In this document: in pieces, positions 13,471-23,492 of the stretch
Layout: every line of letters starts with the position of its first letter
Position numbering within the stretch: position 1 is the first letter of the stretch
Origin: Nocardioides sp.
GTDB taxonomy: Bacteria; Actinomycetota; Actinomycetes; Propionibacteriales; Nocardioidaceae
DNA: 64,000 nt
Direction of reading: 5' to 3'
NCBI GenBank assembly: GCA_002729525.1
Contig: PBYI01000034.1
Span: forward strand, 17,854 to 81,853
Program-made: the position numbers and the translations under genes
The notes under the pieces: model-generated
Told to the model about the DNA's origin: nothing
What the model saw: only the letters and a program-made list of their open reading frames with translations
The model's database searches: none

Positions 13471-14169
13471 CTACGGCACCGAGGGCCTCGATCCGAGGAC
13501 CGCGGACCCGACACGCACGTGTGTCGCACCGCGGGCCACGGCGGCCTCCAGGTCGCCGCTCATCCCGGCTGACAGCCAGGTCGCGTCGGGGTGCTCGACG
13601 AGGAAGCCGTCGCGGATCCCCGCGAGGCGGTCGAAGGCCTCGCCGGGGTCGGCGCCGAGCGGGGCCACCGCCATCAGGCCGCGCAGGGTCAGGCCGTCGG
13701 TGGAGGCCGCGCGGGCGGCGAGGTCGAGCAGGACGTCGGGGTCGACACCGGCGCGGTGGTCGGCCCCGGGCGGGTCGAGACTGACCTGGAGGCACACGTC
13801 GAGCGGCTGCTCGCGCCCCTCGGCACCACGGGCCAGCGGGGCGAGCAGCTTGGCGCGGTCGACCGACTGCACGCAGTCGGCGTACGCCGCGACGGCCGCG
13901 GCCTTGTTGCTCTGCAGGCCGCCGATGTAGTGCCAGCGCAGGTCGAGGTCGGCGCAGTCGGCCGCCTTCTGCTGCGCCTCCTGGTGGCGGTTCTCCCCCA
14001 CGTCGACGACGCCGAGCCCGGCGAGCAGGCGCACGTCGGACGCGGGGAAGAACTTGGTGACGACCACGACGGTCACCTCGTCGGCGTCGCGGCCCGCGTC
14101 GAGGCACGCGGCCGCGACCCGGCGGCGTACGTCGTCCAGGCCGGTGCACAGGTCCTCCTCGCGAGTCAC
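13471..14169 (-). CDS. YggS family pyridoxal-phosphate homeostasis protein
   Basis: VVVTKFFP...WHYIGGLQSNKA...LSAGMSGDLEAAV. The GTG start at 14169 overlaps the pgeF stop (GTGA). The longest ORF start at 14421 lies inside pgeF. Confidence 0.9.
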   Translation of the reverse strand: MTREEDLCTGLDDVRRRVAAACLDAGRDADEVTVVVVTKFFPASDVRLLAGLGVVDVGENRHQEAQQKAADCADLDLRWHYIGGLQSNKAAAVAAYADCVQSVDRAKLLAPLARGAEGREQPLDVCLQVSLDPPGADHRAGVDPDVLLDLAARAASTDGLTLRGLMAVAPLGADPGEAFDRLAGIRDGFLVEHPDATWLSAGMSGDLEAAVARGATHVRVGSAVLGSRPSVP

Positions 14170-14870
14170 GGGTCCATCCGTACCAGGCCGGCCAGGCGAC
14201 CGCCGCCGGGACCCTCGCGCCGGTAGGAGAACAGGTCGAGGTCCTCGACGGTGCAGCCGCCGGTGTCGGTGGCCGGGACGCCGAGCTCGGCGAGCTGGGC
14301 GAGGACGCCGGCGCCGACGTCGATAGAGGGCGTGCCCCACGTGGTGGTGGCCCGACTGGCGGGCGCCGCGGCCGCGACCTCCTCGCGCATCTCCTCCGGC
14401 ACCTCGTAGCAGCCGCCGCACACCCGCGGGCCGACCCAGGCGCGGACGCCGCGGGCGCCCAGGTCGCGCATCGCCTCCAGCAGCGCCGGCACGACGCCGG
14501 CCGCCATGCCGCGCCGACCGGCGTGCGCGGCGCCGACGACGCGGGCCTCGGGATCGGCCAGCACGACCGGCGTGCAGTCGGCCGCGCGTACCAGCAGGGT
14601 CACGCCCGGCTGGTCGGTGACCAGTGCGTCGGCGCGGGCGTGGATCGGGCCGTCGTCGGTCGCGCGCGGGCCCTCCGGGCCGACGTACGCGACCTCGCGA
14701 CCGTGGACCTGGGCCAGCGCGGCGACGGCGTCGCCGGGCCCGAACGACGACGCGAGCCGCCGGTGTACGGCGACTCGCGTCGGGTCGTGCGGGTCGAAGG
14801 TCACGTCGCCCGCGTGCCGGTCGGTGAAGGCCAGCTCGACGGGCCCGAGACGGGTGCGGAAGTGGAACAC
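14166..14870 (-). CDS. pgeF: Peptidoglycan editing factor PgeF (YfiH/DUF152 laccase-domain protein)
   Basis: 234 aa with VRAADCTPVVL and AHAGRRG motifs. Occupies the conserved position after ftsZ. Confidence 0.85.
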   Translation of the reverse strand: MFHFRTRLGPVELAFTDRHAGDVTFDPHDPTRVAVHRRLASSFGPGDAVAALAQVHGREVAYVGPEGPRATDDGPIHARADALVTDQPGVTLLVRAADCTPVVLADPEARVVGAAHAGRRGMAAGVVPALLEAMRDLGARGVRAWVGPRVCGGCYEVPEEMREEVAAAAPASRATTTWGTPSIDVGAGVLAQLAELGVPATDTGGCTVEDLDLFSYRREGPGGGRLAGLVRMDP

Positions 14871-14895
14871 CGCACCAGTCTCGCGCGTGCCCCGG

Positions 14896-16089
14896 CTACT
14901 TCAGGAAGTCGGGGATGTCGAGGTCGTCGTCGTCGAAGGACGTCGGGTCGGGCGCGGTCGGCTTGCGGACCGGCTCGGCCGCCGGGCGCGGGGCCTCGGC
15001 GCGGGCGGGCCGCTCCGCGGGACGCTCGGCCGGCTTCTCGGCCGGGCGGGCCGCGACGGCCGCCGGGGCCGCCTCGCGGGCGGGGGCCTGGGCCTGCTGC
15101 GACCGGCCGCGCAGGGCGGGCTGGTCGTCGCGCTTCTTCGGCAGGCCGCCGTCGAAGCCGGCCGCGATCACGGTGACCCGCACCTCGTCGCCGAGCGCGT
15201 CGTCGATGGTCGCGCCGAAGATGATGTTGGCGTCCGGGTGGGCGGAGTCCGACACCAGCGCCGCGGCCTCGTTGATCTCGAACAGACCGAGGTCCGAGCC
15301 GCCGGCGATCGAGAGCAGCACGCCGTGCGCGCCGTCGATGCTGGCCTCGAGCAGCGGGCTGGAGACGGCCATCTCCGCGGCGGCGACGGAGCGGTCCTCG
15401 CCACGGGCCGAGCCGATGCCCATGAGGGCCGAGCCGGCGTTGGCCATGACGGACTTCACGTCGGCGAAGTCGAGGTTGATCAGGCCCGGGGTGGTGATCA
15501 GGTCGGTGATGCCGGAGACGCCCTGGAGGAGCACCTGGTCGGCCTGCTTGAAGGCGTCGAGCACCGACACGTTGCGGTCGCTGATCGACAGCAGCCGGTC
15601 GTTCGGGATGACGATGAGGGTGTCGACCTCCTCGCGCAGCTGCTCGATGCCGGTCTCGGCCGAGCCCGCACGGCGGCGACCCTCGAAGGCGAACGGTCGG
15701 GTGACCACACCGATGGTCAGCGCGCCGAGCGAGCGGGCGATGCGCGCGACGACCGGCGCACCGCCGGTGCCGGTGCCGCCGCCCTCGCCGGCGGTGACGA
15801 AGACCATGTCGGCCCCCTTGAGGACCTCCTCGATCTCGTCGGCGTGGTCGTCGGCGGCCCGGGCGCCGCCCTCGGGGTTGGCGCCCGCGCCGAGGCCGCG
15901 GGTGAGCTCGCGGCCGATGTCGAGCTTCACGTCGGCGTCGCTCATCAGCAGCGCCTGCGCGTCGGTGTTGATGGCGATGAACTCGACGCCCTTGAGGCCG
16001 ACCTCGATCATCCGGTTGACGGCGTTGACGCCGCCGCCACCGATGCCGACGACCTTGATGATGGCCAGGTAGTTCTGTGCTGCGCCCAC
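14896..16089 (-). CDS. ftsZ: Cell division GTPase FtsZ
   Basis: [27 protein letters not shown]...[13 protein letters not shown]. The GTG at 16089 is preceded by GAGAGGTG. The longest ORF start at 16185 was judged an extension. Confidence 0.97.
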   Translation of the reverse strand: MGAAQNYLAIIKVVGIGGGGVNAVNRMIEVGLKGVEFIAINTDAQALLMSDADVKLDIGRELTRGLGAGANPEGGARAADDHADEIEEVLKGADMVFVTAGEGGGTGTGGAPVVARIARSLGALTIGVVTRPFAFEGRRRAGSAETGIEQLREEVDTLIVIPNDRLLSISDRNVSVLDAFKQADQVLLQGVSGITDLITTPGLINLDFADVKSVMANAGSALMGIGSARGEDRSVAAAEMAVSSPLLEASIDGAHGVLLSIAGGSDLGLFEINEAAALVSDSAHPDANIIFGATIDDALGDEVRVTVIAAGFDGGLPKKRDDQPALRGRSQQAQAPAREAAPAAVAARPAEKPAERPAERPARAEAPRPAAEPVRKPTAPDPTSFDDDDLDIPDFLK

Positions 16090-16190
16090 GGCGGCGTCAC
16101 CTCTCGATGGTGGTGGTCTGTCTGGGTGTCTCGGGGTCCGGCTGCCTGGTGCGGTCGTGACCGGGGTCTGCTCGGCGAGCCTCAACTGTG

Positions 16191-16207
16191 ACCCTCAGGC
16201 TGAGGGT
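16191..16207. promoter_or_regulatory. Perfect 8-1-8 palindrome ACCCTCAG-G-CTGAGGGT next to an AT-rich patch in the ftsZ upstream region
   Basis: Direct reading. It is followed by TATAGTTATGTCAACC (16208-16223), the most AT-rich stretch in this intergenic region. On the ftsZ sense strand that patch contains TTGACA and TATAAC hexamers. Confidence 0.4.
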
Positions 16208-16287
16208 TATAGTTATGTCAACCTCGTCGTGAGTACGACAGTAGGGACGAGCAGCCTCACGACGGCGCAGACACGCCGCGCCACGTC

Positions 16288-16342
16288 GACCCGGCGCAAA
16301 CGTGCGCCGGGTCGGCATCGAGCCGGCGCACGTTTGCGCCGG
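16288..16342 (-). terminator. Two mirrored GC hairpins just downstream of the ftsQ stop (16288-16313: 11-bp stem; 16323-16342: 8-bp stem)
   Basis: GACCCGGCGCA-AACG-TGCGCCGGGTC and CCGGCGCA-CGTT-TGCGCCGG. The second is essentially the reverse complement of the first. Confidence 0.45.
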
Positions 16343-16347
16343 GTCGA

Positions 16348-17079
16348 TCAGGAGGCGTCGGCGCCGGAGACGGTCGGCTGGCCGGGGACGCTCACGTCGT
16401 ACTCCTGGCCGGGCTGGGCGAGGAGCACCAGCAGCACCTCACCCTTCTCCTGCGACTGCGCCGCGCTCCCCCAGTGGACGGTGCGGCCGTCGCGCAGGGC
16501 GAGGTCGATGTCGTCGATGCTGGCCAGCTCGAGGTGGTCGACCATCGCGGAGACGTCGGCAGGCATCGCGGCGACGACCTTCGCGCCCTCCGCGAGCGCG
16601 TCGTCGCCGGCGGCCGGGGCGACGTCGATGCGCGGCAGGTCGGCCGGGGCGGTGCGGAACCGGTCGAAGACCACGCCGGTGGCGTCGACCGCGCGCAGGG
16701 TGCCGGCCAGGTCGACGACGGCGACCGCCTCACGCTCGGTGACGTCGATGCGTACGTCGTGCGGCCAGCTGCGGGTGACCGACACGTCCTCGACCCCGGC
16801 CAGCGTGCCCACGCGGCGCGCCACGGCGTCCAGGTCGACCGTGGCCAGCGGGCCGCCGAGCGGCACCCGGGCGGCGGCGAGCACGTCGGACTCGTCGATC
16901 CGGTCGAGGCCGACGACGCTGACCTCCTCCGCGCGCAGCCAGTCGGATAAGTAGACGGAGTAGACGCCACCGCCGACCACGAGCGCGACGACCAGGCCCA
17001 CCAGCACGTAGCGCCAGGTCAGCCAGCGGCGCGCCCATCGTCGCCGGACGAAGCGGGTGCGCGAGTCAGTCCTCGCCAA
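16348..17079 (-). CDS. ftsQ: Cell division protein FtsQ (POTRA domain)
   Basis: Basic N-terminus, TM segment (WRYVLVGLVVALVVGGGVYSV), then a POTRA-like VSVVGLDRIDESDV. I propose a TTG start at 17079 (AGGGGG Shine-Dalgarno, 14-nt overlap with murC). The alternative is GTG at 17139. Confidence 0.8.
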   Translation of the reverse strand: MARTDSRTRFVRRRWARRWLTWRYVLVGLVVALVVGGGVYSVYLSDWLRAEEVSVVGLDRIDESDVLAAARVPLGGPLATVDLDAVARRVGTLAGVEDVSVTRSWPHDVRIDVTEREAVAVVDLAGTLRAVDATGVVFDRFRTAPADLPRIDVAPAAGDDALAEGAKVVAAMPADVSAMVDHLELASIDDIDLALRDGRTVHWGSAAQSQEKGEVLLVLLAQPGQEYDVSVPGQPTVSGADAS

Positions 17080-18487
17080 CGCCCGCCCCCTGCTGCTCCA
17101 GCAGCTCCAGCACCCGCGGGCCGACGCGGGTGACGTCACCAGCGCCCAGGGTCAGCACCAGGTCGCCCGGGCGGGCCCGGGCGGCGAGCTCGACCGCCGC
17201 CTCCTCGATACCGGCGACGGCGGCGACCAGCCCGTCCGGGAGGGGTACGGCGTCCGCCACCAGCGCGCCGGTGACCTCGGGGTCGGCGGCCTCGCGGGCG
17301 ACGTACACGTCGAGCACGACGACCTCGTCGGCGGCGCCGAGCGCCTCGCCCATCCGGGCGCCGAACAGGCGGGTGCGCGAGACCAGGTGCGGCTGGAAGG
17401 CGACGACGAGCCGCCCCTCCCCCGCGACCGAGCGGCCGGCCACGAGGTCGCCGGCGATCTCGGCCGGGTGGTGGGCGTAGGAGTCGTAGACCCGGACGCC
17501 GGCGGCCTCGCCCTTGCGCTCCATGCGCCGGCGGGTGCCGGTGTAGGCCTCCAGGCCACGACGCAGGTCGTCGAAGGCCAGGCCGAGGTGGAGCCCGGCG
17601 GCGAGGGCGAGGGCGGCGTCGAGCACGTAGTGGCGACCGGGGATGCGCAGCACGACCCGACCCAGCTCCTCGCCGTGCCAGGTCGCGGTGAAGGCGGAGG
17701 TGGTGCCCTCGAGGACCACCTCGGTGGCGCGCAGGTCGGCGTCGGCGGCGGTGCCGGCCGTCAGCACGGTGACGCCGTCGACGGCCGAGCCGGCGAGCGC
17801 GGCCGCCTGGGCGTCGTCGGCGCACAGCACCAGCGCCCCGCCCGGCTCGACGCGTGCGGCGAACTGGGCGAAGGCCGCGGTGTAGGCCTCCTCGCTCCCC
17901 CAGTGGTCGAGGTGGTCGGCCTCGACGTTGGTGACGACCGCGACGTGCGGCACGTAGTGCAGGAACGCGCCGTCGCTCTCGTCGGCCTCCGCCACGAACA
18001 GGTCGGACTCCCCCACCTCGGCGTTGGTGCCGGAGGCGGCCAGGTCACCGCCGATGGTGTACGTCGGGGACGCGCCGGCCGCCTGGAGCGCGACGGTGAG
18101 CAGCGAGGTGGTGGTCGTCTTGCCGTGCGTGCCGGCGACGGTGACCGCGCGGGAGTCGCGCATCAGGGCCGCCATCGCGGCCGACCGCTTGAGCACCGGG
18201 ACGCCGCGCTCGTGCGCGGCAGCGAGCTCGGGGTTCGTGGCGGGGACGGCTGCGCTGACCACGACGCTGTCGGCGTCGCCGAGCTGGGCGGCGTCGTGCC
18301 CGACGTACGTCGTGGCGCCGAGGCCCCGCAGCGCGGCCAGGGTCGCGGAGTCGGCGCCGTCGCTGCCGGACACCGCGTGGCCCCGGGCGAGCAGCACCCG
18401 GGCGATCGCGGACAGTCCGGCCCCGCCGATGCCGACGAGGTGGACGTGGTGGCCGAAGGCGGGGGGCACCGAGGGCGCGTCAGCCAC
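17066..18487 (-). CDS. murC: UDP-N-acetylmuramate--L-alanine ligase
   Basis: 473 aa with HLVGIGGAGLSAIA and VAGTHGKTTTTS motifs. Confidence 0.95.
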   Translation of the reverse strand: MADAPSVPPAFGHHVHLVGIGGAGLSAIARVLLARGHAVSGSDGADSATLAALRGLGATTYVGHDAAQLGDADSVVVSAAVPATNPELAAAHERGVPVLKRSAAMAALMRDSRAVTVAGTHGKTTTTSLLTVALQAAGASPTYTIGGDLAASGTNAEVGESDLFVAEADESDGAFLHYVPHVAVVTNVEADHLDHWGSEEAYTAAFAQFAARVEPGGALVLCADDAQAAALAGSAVDGVTVLTAGTAADADLRATEVVLEGTTSAFTATWHGEELGRVVLRIPGRHYVLDAALALAAGLHLGLAFDDLRRGLEAYTGTRRRMERKGEAAGVRVYDSYAHHPAEIAGDLVAGRSVAGEGRLVVAFQPHLVSRTRLFGARMGEALGAADEVVVLDVYVAREAADPEVTGALVADAVPLPDGLVAAVAGIEEAAVELAARARPGDLVLTLGAGDVTRVGPRVLELLEQQGAGVGED

Positions 18488-19556
18488 CGGCGACCTCCTG
18501 CACCAGCCGGGCGAGCCGCTCGTCGGCGTCGCGAGGCACCAGGTCGGCGGCGGCCGCGCCCATGGTGGCCAGCCGCTCGCGGTCGAGCGCCAGCGGCACG
18601 ACGTGGGTCTCCACCCAGGCCGGGTCGAGGTCGGCGTCGTCGACGAGCAGCGCGCCGCCGGCGTCGACCACCGGGCGGGCGTTGCGGGCCTGCTCGCCGT
18701 TGCCGATCGGCAGCGGCACGAAGATCGCGGGCACGCCGGTGGCGGCGGCCTCCACGACGCTGTTGGCGCCCGAGCGGCAGACCATCAGGTCGGCGGCCGC
18801 GAGGGCGAGGTCCATCCGGTCGACGAACGGCAGGGCGACGTACGGCGGCGCGCCGTCGGTGGTCTCGACGACCACCTCGTTCTTCGCGCCGTGCACGTGC
18901 AGCACCTGCACGCCGGCCGCACCCAGCGCCGCGCTGGCGCCGGACACGGCCTCGTTGATGCGCCGGGCCCCCTGCGAGCCACCGGTGACGACGAGGGTCG
19001 GCAGGTCGGGCTCCAGCCCGAACGCCGCCCGGGCCTCGGCACGCAGCGCCGCCCGGTCGAGGCCGGAGATCATGGTGCGGATCGGCAGGCCGACGTACTC
19101 CGCGCCCTTCAGCGGGGTGTCGGGGAAGCTCACCGCGACCCGGGTGGCGACCCGGGCCCCGAGCCGGTTGCCGATGCCGGGCAGGGCGTTCTGCTCGTGG
19201 ACGACGATCGGCACGCGCTTGCGGGCCGCGACGTACGCCGGCACCGAGACGTAGCCGCCGTAGCCGACGACGACGTCGGGGCGGACCTTGTCGATGATCG
19301 CGTGGGTCTCGCGCACGGCCCCGCGCAGCCGGCCGGGCACTCGGAACAGGTCGGCGTTCGGCTTGCGCGGCAGCGGCACCGGCGGGACCAGCTCGAGCGG
19401 GTAGCCGGCCGCCGGGACGACGGTGTTCTCCAGCCCGCGCGGGGTGCCGAGGCAGGTGATCCCCACCTCGGGGTCGAGCCGGCGCAGGGCGTCGGCGGTC
19501 GCAAGCAGCGGGGAGGTGTGGCCGGCGGTGCCGCCGCCGGCGAGGAGGACGCGCAT
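18480..19556 (-). CDS. murG: Undecaprenyldiphospho-muramoylpentapeptide beta-N-acetylglucosaminyltransferase
   Basis: MRVLLAGGGTAGHTSPLLA...HEQNALPG... The ATG is at 19556. The 853-aa track ORF is an upstream over-extension through ftsW in another frame. Confidence 0.95.
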   Translation of the reverse strand: MRVLLAGGGTAGHTSPLLATADALRRLDPEVGITCLGTPRGLENTVVPAAGYPLELVPPVPLPRKPNADLFRVPGRLRGAVRETHAIIDKVRPDVVVGYGGYVSVPAYVAARKRVPIVVHEQNALPGIGNRLGARVATRVAVSFPDTPLKGAEYVGLPIRTMISGLDRAALRAEARAAFGLEPDLPTLVVTGGSQGARRINEAVSGASAALGAAGVQVLHVHGAKNEVVVETTDGAPPYVALPFVDRMDLALAAADLMVCRSGANSVVEAAATGVPAIFVPLPIGNGEQARNARPVVDAGGALLVDDADLDPAWVETHVVPLALDRERLATMGAAAADLVPRDADERLARLVQEVAGG

Positions 19557-19567
19557 GGTCGCCGAAA

Positions 19568-20806
19568 CTACCGGCGGGTGCGGCGGCGTCGGGCGAGGGC
19601 CCGGGCGGCCTCCGGCTCGCGCCGGGCGAAGCCGACGAGCAGGCCGAGCGCGATGAGCGTCGGCAGCAGACTGGAGCCGCCGTACGACACCAGCGGCAGC
19701 GGGATGCCGATCACCGGGAGCAGCGCCAGCACCATGCCGACGTTGATGATCATCTGGCCGACGAGCCACACCACGATGCCGAAGGTGGCGTAGCGGACGA
19801 ACGGGTCCTTGGTCTGCCGGGCCAGCCGGAGCGCGGCGTAGGCGAGGGTCAGGAAGAGTCCGACGACCAGCAGGGTGCCGAGCAGGCCGAGCTCCTCGCC
19901 GAGCACGGCGAAGATGAAGTCGGTGTGCGCCTCGGGCAGCGCGCCCCACTTCTGCTGGCTCGCGCCGATGCCCTGGCCGAGCAGGCCGCCGCTGCTCATC
20001 GCGTAGAGGCCGTGCGCGGGCTGCCAGCCGGTGCCGTGGAAGTCCTGGAACGGGTCGACGAAGGTCGTGATGCGGGCCAGGCGCTCGGGGTCGGTGGCCG
20101 CCATCGCGAGCGCGCCGACGCTGATGACCATGGTCGAGAGCACGAAGAGCCGCGCGGGGGCGCCGACCACCCAGAGCATCCCGATGAGGATCGCGAACAG
20201 CACCAGCGCGGTGCCGAGGTCGCGACCGACGATGACCAGCGTCGTCGCCGCGAGCATGCCGGGCACCACCGGCACCATGATCTGGTGCAGGCTGCGCAGG
20301 CGGCGCTCCTTGTTGGCGTAGATGTGCGCGGCCCACACGATCAGGCTGAGCTTGGCGATCTCGGACGGCTGCACGAGGAACGGGCCCACACGCAGCCAGT
20401 TGGTGTTGCCGTTGAACTCCACGCCCATCACCGCGGTCAGCACCAGCAGGGCCAGCGACACCGAGAAGCCGACGTAGGCGAGGCGGCGTACCCAGCGCAC
20501 CGGGGTGCGACTGACGACGTAGGCCAGCGGCAGGCCGATCGAGGCCCACATCAGCTGGCGCTTGACGATCGTGTAGGAGTCGCCGCTGACGCGGTAGGAG
20601 AAGACGCTGGAGGCGCTCAGCACCATCACCAGCCCGATCACCAGCAGCAGGCCCGCCGACGCCATCAGCAGGTAGTACGTCGTCAACGGGCGGTGCAGCG
20701 CGTCCTCGGCGCGGGCCACCAGGGCCCGCGGCCGGCGCAGCACGGCACCGAGTCCTCCGACGACCCCCGCGGCGGGGAACGTGCGCTCGGGGTCGGCCGT
20801 CGTCAC
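19568..20806 (-). CDS. ftsW: SEDS-family cell division protein FtsW (peptidoglycan glycosyltransferase)
   Basis: 412 aa with about 10 TM segments and SEDS motifs (PSEIAKL, HTDFIFAVLGEELG, SYGGSS). Confidence 0.93.
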   Translation of the reverse strand: MTTADPERTFPAAGVVGGLGAVLRRPRALVARAEDALHRPLTTYYLLMASAGLLLVIGLVMVLSASSVFSYRVSGDSYTIVKRQLMWASIGLPLAYVVSRTPVRWVRRLAYVGFSVSLALLVLTAVMGVEFNGNTNWLRVGPFLVQPSEIAKLSLIVWAAHIYANKERRLRSLHQIMVPVVPGMLAATTLVIVGRDLGTALVLFAILIGMLWVVGAPARLFVLSTMVISVGALAMAATDPERLARITTFVDPFQDFHGTGWQPAHGLYAMSSGGLLGQGIGASQQKWGALPEAHTDFIFAVLGEELGLLGTLLVVGLFLTLAYAALRLARQTKDPFVRYATFGIVVWLVGQMIINVGMVLALLPVIGIPLPLVSYGGSSLLPTLIALGLLVGFARREPEAARALARRRRTRR

Positions 20807-20904
20807 TGGTGCTCCCGTCGCTGGGGATCGTGCTGGGGAAGGGTTTCAGCTGGGGGGGTGAGCGACGGGCCGGTGGCCGGGTCGACGGGTCGAGGGTCTT
20901 GGGG

Positions 20905-22407
20905 TCAGCCGGTCTGTCGCTCCCGCACCGCAGCGGCGAAGGCGTCGCCGCGGGCGGCGTAGCCGGGGAACTGGTCCTGCGAGGCGCACCCGGGGGCGAG
21001 CAGCACCGTGTCGCCGGGAGCGGCCAGGTCGGCGGCCGCACCGACGACCCGTCGCATCAGGGCAGGTCCGTCGACTACGCCGTCAGTCTCCGGTGCGTCG
21101 ACCCGGATCACCGGCACATCCGGTGCGTGTCGCGAAAGTGCGTCGGCGACGACCTCACGGTCGCGACCGATGAGGACGGCGGCCCGCAGGCGGGGGGCGA
21201 CGGTGCGCACCAGGTCGTCGAAGTGCGCGCCCTTGGCGAGCCCTCCGGCGACCCACACGACGTCGTCGTAGGCCTGCAGGGAGGACAGCGCGGCGTGCGG
21301 GTTGGTGGCCTTCGAGTCGTCGACCCAGGTGAGGCCGTCGGTGGTCGGCACCCGCGAGATCCGGTGGCCGTCGAGACGGAAGCCGGTGAGGCCGTCGCGG
21401 ACCGCGGCCTGGCTGACGCCGTGCGCGCGGGCGAGCGCCGCCGCCGCGAGGGCGTTGGCGACCAGGTGCGGGGCGACCTCGACGCCGGCCTCGGCGCCCC
21501 CGGCGATGTCGCCGACGCGGCACAGCTCCGCGGCACTGCTGCGGCGCTCCTCGATGAAGGCCCGGTCGACCAGGAGGTCCTCGACCAGGCCGAGCATGCT
21601 CACGCCCGGCATGCCGAGGGTGAAGCCCACGGCGCGAGCGCCCTCGACGACGTCGGCCTCCATGACCAGCCGCTCGGTCTCGGGGTCGGCGACGTTGTAG
21701 ACGCAGGCGCGCTGGACGTTCTGGTAGATCCGTCCCTTGTCGGCGGCGTAGTCGGCCATCGCGGTCGGGCCGTCGTACCAGTCGAGGTGGTCCTCGGCGA
21801 GGTTGAGCACGACGGACGCCTGCGGGCTCATGGAGTAGGTGTGGTGGAGCTGGAAGCTGGACAGCTCGACCGCGAACACGTCGTACGGCGCGGGGTCCAT
21901 CACCGCCTCGACCAGCGGGAGGCCGACGTTGCCGGCCGCAACCGAGCGCAGGCCGGCGGCGCGCAGGATGGAGTCGAGCATCTGCACGGTCGTGGTCTTG
22001 CCGTTGGTGCCGGTGACGCACAGCCACGGGGCGGGCAGGCCGTCGGGGCCGACGTCGCGCAGCCGCCAGGCCAGCTCGACCTCGCCCCACACCGGGACGC
22101 CGCGCTCGCGCGCCTGGCGCACCAGCGGCGCGTCGGGCCGGAAGCCGGGCGAGACGACGAGGACGTCGACGTCGTCGGGCAGCGTCTGCGTGGCGCCCTG
22201 CTCGAGTCGTACGTCGGCGCCGAGCACCTCGAGCAGCTCGGCCTTCTCGTGCTGCTCGGCGTCGCCGCCCTCGGCGAGCGCGGTGACCCGGGCGCCGAGG
22301 TGGTTGAGGTTGTCGGCCGCGGCGAAGCCGGACACGCCGAAGCCGCCGACGACGGCCCGGACACCGTCCCAGGAGTCGTGCCGGCCGAGGCCGCTGACGT
22401 CGCGCAT
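20905..22407 (-). CDS. murD: UDP-N-acetylmuramoylalanine--D-glutamate ligase
   Basis: MRDVSGLGRHDSWDGVRAVVGGFGVSG...VTGTNGKTTTV. The ATG at 22407 overlaps the mraY stop (TGATG). Confidence 0.93.
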   Translation of the reverse strand: MRDVSGLGRHDSWDGVRAVVGGFGVSGFAAADNLNHLGARVTALAEGGDAEQHEKAELLEVLGADVRLEQGATQTLPDDVDVLVVSPGFRPDAPLVRQARERGVPVWGEVELAWRLRDVGPDGLPAPWLCVTGTNGKTTTVQMLDSILRAAGLRSVAAGNVGLPLVEAVMDPAPYDVFAVELSSFQLHHTYSMSPQASVVLNLAEDHLDWYDGPTAMADYAADKGRIYQNVQRACVYNVADPETERLVMEADVVEGARAVGFTLGMPGVSMLGLVEDLLVDRAFIEERRSSAAELCRVGDIAGGAEAGVEVAPHLVANALAAAALARAHGVSQAAVRDGLTGFRLDGHRISRVPTTDGLTWVDDSKATNPHAALSSLQAYDDVVWVAGGLAKGAHFDDLVRTVAPRLRAAVLIGRDREVVADALSRHAPDVPVIRVDAPETDGVVDGPALMRRVVGAAADLAAPGDTVLLAPGCASQDQFPGYAARGDAFAAAVRERQTG

Positions 22408-23492
22408 CAGAGCCTCGACACCCACTCGGCGTAGAAGACGCCCAAGCCGGTGGCGACGAAGAGACCGGTGATGATCCAGAACCGGATCACCACCGTGACC
22501 TGCTCCCAGCCGAGCATCTCGAAGTGGTGGTGGATGGGGGCGATCCGGAAGACCCGTCTGCCGGTGCCGGTGAGCTTCTTGGTGGTCTTGAACCACGTCA
22601 CCTGGAGCATCACCGACACGGTCTCGAGCAGGAACAGCCCGCCCAGGATGACCAGCAGCAGCTCGGTGCGGGTGAGGATCGCCAGGCCGGCGAGGGCGGC
22701 GCCGAGCGCCAGCGAGCCGGTGTCGCCCATGAAGATCGCGGCGGGCGAGGCGTTCCACCACAGGAACCCGAAGCAGGCGCCGGTGATGGCGGAGGCGATG
22801 ACCGCCAGGTCGAGCGGGTCGCGGACGTTGTAGCAGAGCGGCCCGGGGTCGGTCTGGCAGAACTGGTTGTTCTGCCAGATGTTCATCAGGGTGTAGGCGC
22901 CGAAGACCATCACCGAGGAGCCGGTGGCCAGTCCGTCGAGGCCGTCGGTGAGGTTCACGGCGTTGCTGGTGGCGGTGACGATCAGCCAGATGAGCACGAC
23001 CGCGAGCCCCGCGGGCAGCGCGAGCCAGTCGATCTCGCGCAGGAACGACACCTTCTCGCTGGCCGGCGTACGGCCGTTCTCGTCCTCCAGCCAGGGGCTC
23101 AGCGCGAGGGCGCCGAAGGACACCGCGATGACGGTCTGGCCGACCATCTTGGCCTTGCTGCGCAGACCGAGGTTGCGCTGCTTGGCGATCTTGATGAAGT
23201 CGTCGAGGAAGCCGACGACGCCCATCCCGACGAAGAGGTAGAGCAGCAGCCAGGCCGAGGCCGAGGGGGCGGTCCAGGTGATGAGCTTGGCGGCGAAGTA
23301 GCCGGTGACCGAGGCGCCGATGATGACGACGCCGCCCATGGTGGGGGTGCCGCGCTTGGTGTGGTGGCTGGTCGGGCCGTCCTCGCGGATCTCCTGGCCG
23401 TAGCCCATCTTGGTGAAGAACCGGATCGTGTAGCGCGTCGCGACGAGCGACAGGATCAGCGACAGGCCTCCGCCGAGCAGGATCGCTCTCAT
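22407..23492 (-). CDS. mraY: Phospho-N-acetylmuramoyl-pentapeptide transferase
   Basis: MRAILLGGGLSLILSL...HHTKRGTPTMGG...NAVNLTDGLDGLA. The ATG at 23492 overlaps the murF stop (ATGA). Confidence 0.96.
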   Translation of the reverse strand: MRAILLGGGLSLILSLVATRYTIRFFTKMGYGQEIREDGPTSHHTKRGTPTMGGVVIIGASVTGYFAAKLITWTAPSASAWLLLYLFVGMGVVGFLDDFIKIAKQRNLGLRSKAKMVGQTVIAVSFGALALSPWLEDENGRTPASEKVSFLREIDWLALPAGLAVVLIWLIVTATSNAVNLTDGLDGLATGSSVMVFGAYTLMNIWQNNQFCQTDPGPLCYNVRDPLDLAVIASAITGACFGFLWWNASPAAIFMGDTGSLALGAALAGLAILTRTELLLVILGGLFLLETVSVMLQVTWFKTTKKLTGTGRRVFRIAPIHHHFEMLGWEQVTVVIRFWIITGLFVATGLGVFYAEWVSRL

